6,195 nt of DNA from Salpingoeca rosetta. Taxonomy: Eukaryota > Protista > Choanoflagellata. The notes below the pieces were generated by a model. It was given only the letters and a program-made list of their open reading frames with translations, was not told where the DNA came from and made no database searches. Made by a program: the position numbers and the translations under genes. Positions 1 to 6,195 of the stretch are shown here, piece after piece; positions within the stretch are counted from its first letter, which is position 1, and each line of letters starts with the position of its first letter. Location: positions 269,941 through 276,135 of the forward strand of contig JAWQFM010000035.1 in the NCBI GenBank assembly GCA_033442325.1, written 5' to 3'.

Positions 1-346
1 GAATAGCAAGTCGTGCAAATTGACGGATTACTTTGCATAGATCATACTAGGACGCCAATAAACCGGCAAAATCTAATCAAAATTGATCTAAAGGGCGTAT
101 GGGAATTACAGTAGCCTATCAAGGGAGCCACCGGCCTCACCAGGGGGGAGGATTTAGTTGTTGCGTAAAATACACTGCCCCATAGGCTGTCACAGGGAAA
201 GAGCTGCGTGGCGATGCGTCCGTGTGTCCTCCTCAGTTGAAGCGTACGGTCTTGCGCCGCGTAACCCCCCCCAACTTGTACGGCCTTTCTATTATGCACT
301 CGGCGGTCCACCCCCCCCGCCCCACGCCCCCCGTTTTGCTCGCCAG

Positions 347-470
347 GTGTATGGGATTGGGGGAGCACACCACTCCTTCTTTGGGAACACATTGTCACTG
401 CAGCGCACGCAGGCGCCGCCATCCTGTTCACTGGTGAGATCTGCCGTGTGTGTGCTGTCGCCACTCTCAC

Positions 471-516
<46 letters not shown>

Positions 517-536
517 ACACATACACACACACTCTC

Positions 537-596
<60 letters not shown>

Positions 597-828
597 ACTT
601 ACTCACACTCACACTCACACTCACACTCACATGCACATGCACACACACATGCACACACACACACCAGGGGTGCTGTATTTGAAGCTGCGACTGGACTCGC
701 GCACGAGTGCAAAGAGGGAGGAGCAGCAAGCGCTGTTGCGGGACCCTCGAACCGCAGACACAACCGACAACCCCACGTTTCTTGCTTCCTTTGGCACCAT
801 GGCGTCCACAGCAGCAGCATCTTCGTGA
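347..828 (+). CDS. Probable 3' exons of an upstream, unrelated membrane-protein gene (partial)
   Basis: A pyrimidine-rich tract plus CAG acceptor precedes 347. Exon 347-433 ends at a G|GTGAGA donor. The intron 434-667 contains a compound microsatellite and ends in CAG. Exon 668-828 is phase-compatible. Joined: ..VWDWGSTPLLLWEHIVTAAHAGAAILFTG|VLYLKLRLDSRTSAKREEQQALLRDPRTADTTDNPTFLASFGTMASTAAASS*, i.e. a hydrophobic segment, basic residues, then a hydrophilic tail. The TGA at 826-828 overlaps a possible GTGAGT donor at 825, so the 3' end is ambiguous. No family recognised. Confidence 0.45.
474..664. repeat. Compound microsatellite (CA)n-(CT)n-(CACACT)n-(CA/CATG)n
   Basis: Directly visible; lies inside the putative intron 434-667. 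Confidence 0.95.
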
Positions 829-867
829 GTGAGCGAGCGAGCTGCTGAGCTGTGGCACAAGAGAAGC

Positions 868-897
868 GAAGCATTGGCGCAATGAAGCATTGGCGCA
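868..897. repeat. 14-bp direct repeat GAAGCATTGGCGCA x2 (16-bp period), followed by (TG)n at 899-916
   Basis: Copies at 868-881 and 884-897. Confidence 0.85.
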
Positions 898-1097
898 CTG
901 TGTGTGTGTGTGTGTGTTTGTGCGTGGCTGACTCAAACGCGTTTCAAGCCTGCGAAGATCTTCAATCCGGTGGCGCGAATGTTTGTTTGGCTGACGATTA
1001 TCCTTTAATTTTCGCAGATTTTCTGCTCTCCCCTCCAAATCTACCACGGCTGATTCCCGTAAATCATAAACGAAAGTAACACCCCGTCCTTTTGTTT

Positions 1098-1129
1098 GTG
1101 GGAAAAGCCGTGCCGCAAACCAAAACAAA
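1098..1129 (+). promoter_or_regulatory. Candidate conserved upstream element of paralogue 1 (GTGGGAAAA ... GCAAACCAAAACAAA)
   Basis: The same two blocks occur in the same order upstream of paralogue 2, although the surrounding non-coding DNA does not align. Confidence 0.4.
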
Positions 1130-1218
1130 ACAACAACACCACACAACATGCGAGCCATTCTCACACTGTTCGTTCCTGTCTCCTCTCAGCATCTCCCACC
1201 AAGCAAACAACTCCCACC

Positions 1219-2698
1219 ATGATGAAGACGATGCTTGTTGTGGCCATGATGGCCGCTGTGTGCGTGCTGTCGGCCTCCGCTGCGCCCGTGACCATGCACC
1301 TCCACAAGGACCCTGTCACCATGCACCTGCACAACGGTAGATTGCTGCAATGCCGTTGTTGTTGCTGTTGGTCGTTGTTGTCCTTGTTTCTGGCTGTTGT
1401 TTTCTGCTTCTCCTCTTCTTCTTGTTCTGCTTCTCCTCTTCTTCTTGTTCTGCTTCTCTTGTTCTTCTTGTTCTTCTTCTTGTTCTTCTTCTTCTTGTTC
1501 TTCTTGTTGTTGCTTCTGTGTTGTCTGACATGCAAGATCGCTTCTTGTCTTCTGAGCTGTGCGTCCAGTGTGAGCTCACGCGCATAGCTTTGCCTCTCCT
1601 CCACCCTTCTCTAACCCTTTCCAATGGCGCCGTTCGAATCTCAAAACTACAGAGACTGCCCCTCCGCAGCCCAACTGCCCTGGGTGGACCTTGTACAAGC
1701 AGTGCGACTCTCGCTGGGGCGGGTGCGTTCAAGACCTCCGCACCAGTGTTTCAAATGTAGTTTGGCCGGCCTGTGGAACCGATTGCTCTGGCATCGTTTC
1801 ATGCATTGCTGGCTCATCCCTTTGAGCGCGCCTACTTGTGCGCTATAATCCCGCTTCCCTTCTTGCGTGTGTTCGACCATCCATTTTGACAGTGACCGCC
1901 TTGGCACCTCTGGCAACACCATCTGCTCTGCCGGCTGCGCCATGTCCTCTGTGGCCATGCTCCTGCACACCCGTGGTGTCAGCGTCGATCCTGGTTGGTT
2001 GGTGCGTGTGGGTCTACGTGTGTGTGTGTGTCTGTGTCTGTGTCTGTGTCTGTGTGTGTCTGTGTGTGTGTGTGTCCTGCAATTGCGGTGTTCGAGTTTG
2101 TGTGTGAACGACAACGTGCAAATTGACCTTCTCAATCGCCCCTACCCCTCCATCTCTCTTTCGTTCCCATTCAAGGTTCACTGAACAACTGGCTCATCCA
2201 CAACGGCGGTTATGCCAGCGGTGATCTCATGTGAGTTGGCATCTGGCATTGATTTTGACACAACCACCAATGCGTCTGCGTGCGCGTGCGGTGATTACAA
2301 ACGCACACACACATGCACACACACATGCACACACATACACCACACTTGCCTCACTCCTGTGTCGGCGTTTGTATCTTGTATCTCAGCGTGTGGAGTGCTG
2401 TGGACAAGTTTGGCAAGACGAGCTACCAGGGCATTGAGAACCCCTCCATCAACGCCGTCATCAGCGGCCTGCAGTCGGTGCGTGTTTTTGCTTCGAGCTT
2501 CATCAGTGGGAAGGTGAAACATTGTGAAACATGCCGCCGTGTTGTAGCTTGGCACAACAACGACTGCAGGAGACACTCACGTTTGCTTTGATAAACTTGC
2601 TGTGTCCGTCATTCATCCTGGGTTGCTGATTTGTGACAGTGCCACGGCATCATCGCCAACGTCCGCGGCGGCACCCACTGGGTCCTCCTCACGGGTAC

Positions 2699-2780
<82 letters not shown>

Positions 2781-3014
2781 GTCGGTGTCGGTGTCTATGT
2801 CTGTATGCTTGCATTCACAACACCATCTCCAGTACACGCACCCCTCTCCTTTTCCTCCTCCCCCTCCTCTCCACCTCGTTTCTCACCACAATCGCCACCA
2901 ATGCACGCATCTGCAGGCCACGCTGGCGGCAGCACGTTCAAGGTGAACGACCCCGGCTTCTCCACGACCGAGTACAACTTCTCCGACATGCTCCGTTTCG
3001 CTGTCTACCACTGA
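1219..3014 (+). CDS. Secreted C39-like (papain-fold) cysteine peptidase, paralogue 1; 7 exons, 195 aa
   Basis: Exons 1219-1336, 1653-1722, 1893-1993, 2176-2230, 2387-2477, 2640-2694, 2917-3014 (588 nt). All introns are GT-AG with phases 1,2,1,2,0,1, and the exons join into one open frame: MMKTMLVVAMMAAVCVLSASAAPVTMHLHKDPVTMHLHNETAPPQPNCPGWTLYKQCDSRWGGDRLGTSGNTICSAGCAMSSVAMLLHTRGVSVDPGSLNNWLIHNGGYASGDLIVWSAVDKFGKTSYQGIENPSINAVISGLQSCHGIIANVRGGTHWVLLTGHAGGSTFKVNDPGFSTTEYNFSDMLRFAVYH*. Hydrophobic signal peptide ends near ASA|AP. Motifs QxDxxW, GCxxxSxAM (C78, 1936-1938), HWVLLTG (H158, 2676-2678) and VNDP (D175, 2949-2951) fit the Cys-His-Asp triad of C39-like peptidases. The family was assigned by motif recognition, not by a search. 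The exon structure is corroborated by paralogue 2. Confidence 0.9.
1355..1515. repeat. Degenerate (GTT/CTT)n trinucleotide low-complexity tract in intron 1 of paralogue 1
   Basis: Runs of ttcttcttgttc are directly visible. Confidence 0.9.
2018..2076. repeat. (TG)n/(TGTGTC)n microsatellite in intron 3 of paralogue 1
   Basis: Directly visible. Confidence 0.9.
2303..2345. repeat. Interrupted (CA)n in intron 4 of paralogue 1
   Basis: Directly visible. Confidence 0.85.
2703..2780. repeat. (TG)n-(TCTG)n compound microsatellite in intron 6 of paralogue 1
   Basis: Directly visible. Confidence 0.95.
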
Positions 3015-3316
3015 GCGCGCATCGTGCCATTGCAGTCGGCGATGCCCCTTGAGTGCATTGTCATTGCCCTTGCCCCTATGCGTGTTCTTTCCCTTTGCGC
3101 GTTCTTTTCCTTTTCGCGTTGTGTTGTCTTCCTCCCTTCTTCGTCTCTCTCTCTCTCCCTGTTCCTCCTTCCTCCTTCGTCTCACTCTGCAAATACAACC
3201 ACCCGAAGCCAACACAAGCAAGGTGTCTGTGCCGGTGTCGCCCAAAGCCAGCATCATGCCACCCCACACCAAACCAAACCAAACCGCACAATGCGTGAAA
3301 GATGAAAACTTTGCAC

Positions 3317-3343
3317 GTGGGAAAATCGGCAAATCAAAACAAA
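3317..3343 (+). promoter_or_regulatory. Candidate conserved upstream element of paralogue 2 (GTGGGAAAA ... GCAAATCAAAACAAA), overlapping a CACGTG E-box at 3314-3319
   Basis: Matches the block at 1098-1129. Confidence 0.4.
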
Positions 3344-3390
3344 CACTCCTGCGCTGCGTACTGTTCTCTTCTCCAAGAAGCCAAGAACTG

Positions 3391-3420
3391 ATTCATTCAC
3401 AGATTCATTCATTCATTCAT
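3391..3420. repeat. (ATTC)n short tandem repeat upstream of paralogue 2
   Basis: attcattcac...attcattcattcattcat. Confidence 0.8.
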
Positions 3421-3490
3421 CCACTGGCCTTCACATTCACCATTGTCACCGCTCCCTCTTTCTTCCCCTTGAAGCTCAACACCCAACAAG

Positions 3491-4662
3491 ATGAAGGCTG
3501 TCAGCATTGTGCTCATCGCGGTTGCTGTGATGGCTGCGACATGCCTGCTGTCCACTGCTGCCGCTCCCGTCACCATGCACCTGCACAAGCAGGCCGTTCC
3601 CATGCCCATGCATCTCCACAACAGCAACGGTGAGATTGCGCGTGGTAATCCCGTTGCAGTTGGTTTTCACAGTGCCTTCATTCCTTCATTCGCCCGTTCT
3701 TTACCTTCTCTTATGCTTGTCTGATGTGGAAGGACTACCCTCTACTTCATCGCCCCAACTCACCCCTTAATTCACGGCTGCACCCACCGCTTTGTTAACG
3801 CACGCAGCCACGATCGGCCCGCAGCCCAACTGCCCTGGGTGGACCATGTTCAAGCAGTGTGATTCCCGCTGGGGCGGGTACGTGCCAGCACGAGTGAAGG
3901 AGTGAAGCGTTTTGCTCACACCCTGGAATGAACGAAGATGGAGTGTTTGTCGACTGTCACGATTCATACAGCTTTGTCCTGCAACTTTTAAGCGTTGCCT
4001 CGCACAACACTCGGCTTCTCATTCTGGTTGCGTTCTGTTGACAGCGATCGCCTTGGCACGTCTCCAAGTGACACAATCTGCACTGCTGGTTGCGCCATGT
4101 CCTCCGTCGCCATGCTGCTACACACGCGAGGCCTCGGCCTGGATCCTGGTGCGCGTTTTGAACCGTTTGGTCTCAACGTGTCCTCTTTGTTTGCCCAGTA
4201 CTCTGCGTCAGCGTCCTGGCTGCCCTTCACTTCCTCTTCTTGTCCTTCTGTGGCAAAGCACCAGAACAATGAGCGCCTGCCTCTCCATCGTTTGCTCATC
4301 AACAGCCAAATTCGCGCGCGTCTGTGTGCAGGTTCGCTGAACAACTGGCTTATCAACAACGGCGGCTACGAAAGCGGTGACCTCATGTGAGCCAAAATGC
4401 AATTCTGCTTCTGCACCTTCGTCCTTGCTGTGATCTGGATGTCTTCGTCTTCCCTAGCTCCACAGCGCATCACTGCCTTGAAATTTGTTTCTTCCACCAT
4501 TCACATTGTGTCTTGCACTCAGCCTGTGGGGCTCCGTGGACAAGCTTGGCAAGACGAGCTTCCAAGGCCTGGAAAAGCCCGCTCTGAGCGACGTCATCAG
4601 CGGCATTCAGGCGGTGAGGTTTAAGGTCCCATGCAGTTTTGTCTTTCTTGTGTATGTGTGTG

Positions 4663-4698
<36 letters not shown>

Positions 4699-5210
4699 AA
4701 GCGTCAGCCAAACTAGTTATCCTGCGCCTTGCTCTGGTGAGACGCCAAGCACAAGCGAACTTTCTTCCATTGCATATTCGAGCTGCTGTGAGAGATGTGA
4801 CCTTATGACTTCGATTAACCTGCTATTCCTCAGTGCCATGGCATCATCGCTAACGTCCGCGGAGGATCGCACTGGGTCCTTCTCACAGGTGCGTATAGAG
4901 CATGCAAGCATTCGTGCATGCAAGCCTAGCCAACAACAGTTGCGTGCTTGCTTCACGTCTCATCAAGCCGTCATTGTCGACAGCCATGTTGGGCTGTCAA
5001 CCTCAACAGTCATGCACACTCACACTCTGGTACACCCTAATCGTTGTTCTCACACGCACCTATACACTCAATCTACATGGGTTGTGGTTCGGCTTCACCG
5101 CTTGAAATGCAGGCTTTGCCGGTGGAAGCACGTTCAACGTCAACGATCCATACTACTCCACCTCCCAGTACACCTATGCGGACATGCTTCGCTTGGCCGT
5201 GTACCACTGA
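3491..5210 (+). CDS. Secreted C39-like (papain-fold) cysteine peptidase, paralogue 2; 7 exons, 203 aa
   Basis: Exons 3491-3629, 3808-3877, 4045-4148, 4332-4386, 4523-4613, 4834-4888, 5113-5210 (612 nt), with GT-AG introns in the same positions and phases as copy 1. Protein: MKAVSIVLIAVAVMAATCLLSTAAAPVTMHLHKQAVPMPMHLHNSNATIGPQPNCPGWTMFKQCDSRWGGDRLGTSPSDTICTAGCAMSSVAMLLHTRGLGLDPGSLNNWLINNGGYESGDLILWGSVDKLGKTSFQGLEKPALSDVISGIQACHGIIANVRGGSHWVLLTGFAGGSTFNVNDPYYSTSQYTYADMLRLAVYH*. Putative triad C86 (4091-4093), H166 (4870-4872), D183 (5145-5147). Confidence 0.9.
4649..4696. repeat. (TG)n microsatellite in intron 5 of paralogue 2
   Basis: Directly visible. Confidence 0.95.
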
Positions 5211-5737
5211 GACTGCAAACGTGCGCAGCGTCAGTCCTGTGGTGCTGTGATGCACCAACTCGTCGTTTTCCCTCACTTGCGCTTTGCCTGTTTCGCGGCG
5301 CAGACCCAGCTTCTTGTGGTGAGTGTTGTTGCTGTCCTTACACTCAGCCTTCTTGTTAAGATGTGCTTACCTTCACACCTGGTCAAAGGACCAAAGAGCA
5401 TTGTTCTGTTCTTTCCCTCCAGTTTCTCTTCCTTGGAGAGTGGCACGACTGTTCTGTTTCTTCTTCTTCTTTCTCGATCCAGATCCAATACATACATACA
5501 ACAACACACCAAGAAGCCACAGCGCAAAGCGAAAAACACACTCAAACGCATCGTCACGACCTTCAATCCTCTGCCGTGGATAGTTCCCGAATGATACCAA
5601 CAAGTAGCGCTCCTCCAAAAACATTGCCGCTGCCGATACTTGTCTGGAATCATACATAGAAACCAAACAAGGCACAACCCCCAAGACAGACAACACACGA
5701 CTTTCCGCTCCTGGCAAAGACAAAGACGAAGAAGACG

Positions 5738-6128
5738 ATGCTGCTGTTGTGGCCGTCATGGCCTGCGCCCTGTCGGCTTCGGCCGCCCCCATCACCATGC
5801 ACCTGCATCAGGAGCCGGTCACCATGCACCTGCACAACGGTCAGTGTTGCAAGTAGTTTTGCTGAATGGTGGTGGTGGTGTTGTTTCTTTGTTGTTGTTG
5901 TTGGTGGTCAGTGGTCAGTGCAATGTGCATCTTCACTCCCCGTGCTTGTGGTTTGTGGTTCACCTTGAATCCGCATGCACTCGTCGCTCCATTCACTCAC
6001 ATCCATATCCATTCAAACCACTTGCAGAGACTGCTCCTCCTGCCCCCAACTGCCCAGGCTGGTCCATGTTCAAGCAGTGCGACTCCCGCTGGGGCAGGTG
6101 TGTGTGTGTTGATGGGGAGGGGGGATTG

Positions 6129-6192
<64 letters not shown>

Positions 6193-6195
6193 TGT
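5738..6195 (+). CDS. C39-like peptidase paralogue 3, 5' part only (runs off the window); N-terminus frameshifted, so possibly a pseudogene or a signal-less variant
   Basis: Exon 1 ends at 5839 (donor GTCAGT at 5840). Exon 2 is 6028-6097 (70 nt, same as in copies 1 and 2), followed by a GT donor at 6098. In frame from ATG 5758: MACALSASAAPITMHLHQEPVTMHLHN|ETAPPAPNCPGWSMFKQCDSRWG. The ATG at 5738, homologous to Met5 of copy 1, is out of frame with this. Confidence 0.8.
6098..6195. repeat. (TG)n microsatellite at the start of intron 2 of paralogue 3
   Basis: Directly visible; begins at the splice donor. Confidence 0.95.

Noticed and set aside
141-180. LTR retrotransposon polypurine tract or DNA-transposon terminal inverted repeat
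   Set aside because: The purine run is not directly followed by a TG-starting LTR, and I found no partner repeat or target-site duplication in the window, so it is not listed as a feature.
42-1164. Long ORFs with (CV)n, (HT)n, (RE)n and (LS)n runs on both strands
   Set aside because: They are translations of dinucleotide microsatellites, which lack stop codons; there is no coding signature.
1161-1760. Lys/Arg/Glu-rich minus-strand ORFs and Leu/Phe-rich plus-strand ORFs
   Set aside because: Artefacts of the (CTT/GTT)n tract in intron 1 of paralogue 1.
3024-3490. ORFs between paralogues 1 and 2, and likewise 5247-5700 between paralogues 2 and 3
   Set aside because: Low-complexity pyrimidine- or A-rich UTR/intergenic sequence with no recognisable domain and no conservation between the two spacers.
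1219-5210. Bacteriocin-processing C39 domain of an ABC transporter, or bacterial contamination
   Set aside because: There are no transmembrane or ATPase domains; the genes have six spliceosomal introns each and eukaryote-type signal peptides.
1647-5835. Minus-strand ORFs that resemble each other (e.g. SMATEDMAQPA, RCMVTGAA)
   Set aside because: They are antisense shadows of the conserved + strand exons; splice signals and synonymous variation support the + strand only.
1285-5838. Recurring ACCATGCACCT(C/G)CA repeats as a CRISPR-like or mobile repeat
   Set aside because: They are coding repeats (TMHLH) within exon 1 of each paralogue, with no regular spacer architecture.

Overview
Eukaryotic, intron-rich genomic DNA with microsatellite-laden introns. 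This style is typical of the choanoflagellate Salpingoeca rosetta, but the organism is my inference only. The ORF track misses the real genes because they are split into short exons. Splicing by hand at GT-AG sites gives a + strand tandem array of at least three paralogues. Each encodes a small secreted papain-fold cysteine peptidase of the bacterial-type C39-like family (Peptidase_C39_2-like), built as signal peptide, twice-repeated PVTMHLH motif, then KQCDSRWG...TICxAGCAMSSVAM...HWVLLTG...VNDP catalytic domain. Copy 1 (1219-3014, 7 exons, 195 aa) and copy 2 (3491-5210, 7 exons, 203 aa) are intact, share all six intron positions and phases, and are about 76% identical over exons 2-7. Copy 3 (from about 5738, running off the window) has a frameshifted, start-eroded signal-peptide region but an intact exon 2. 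Upstream, 347-828 probably holds the last exons of an unrelated membrane-protein gene.
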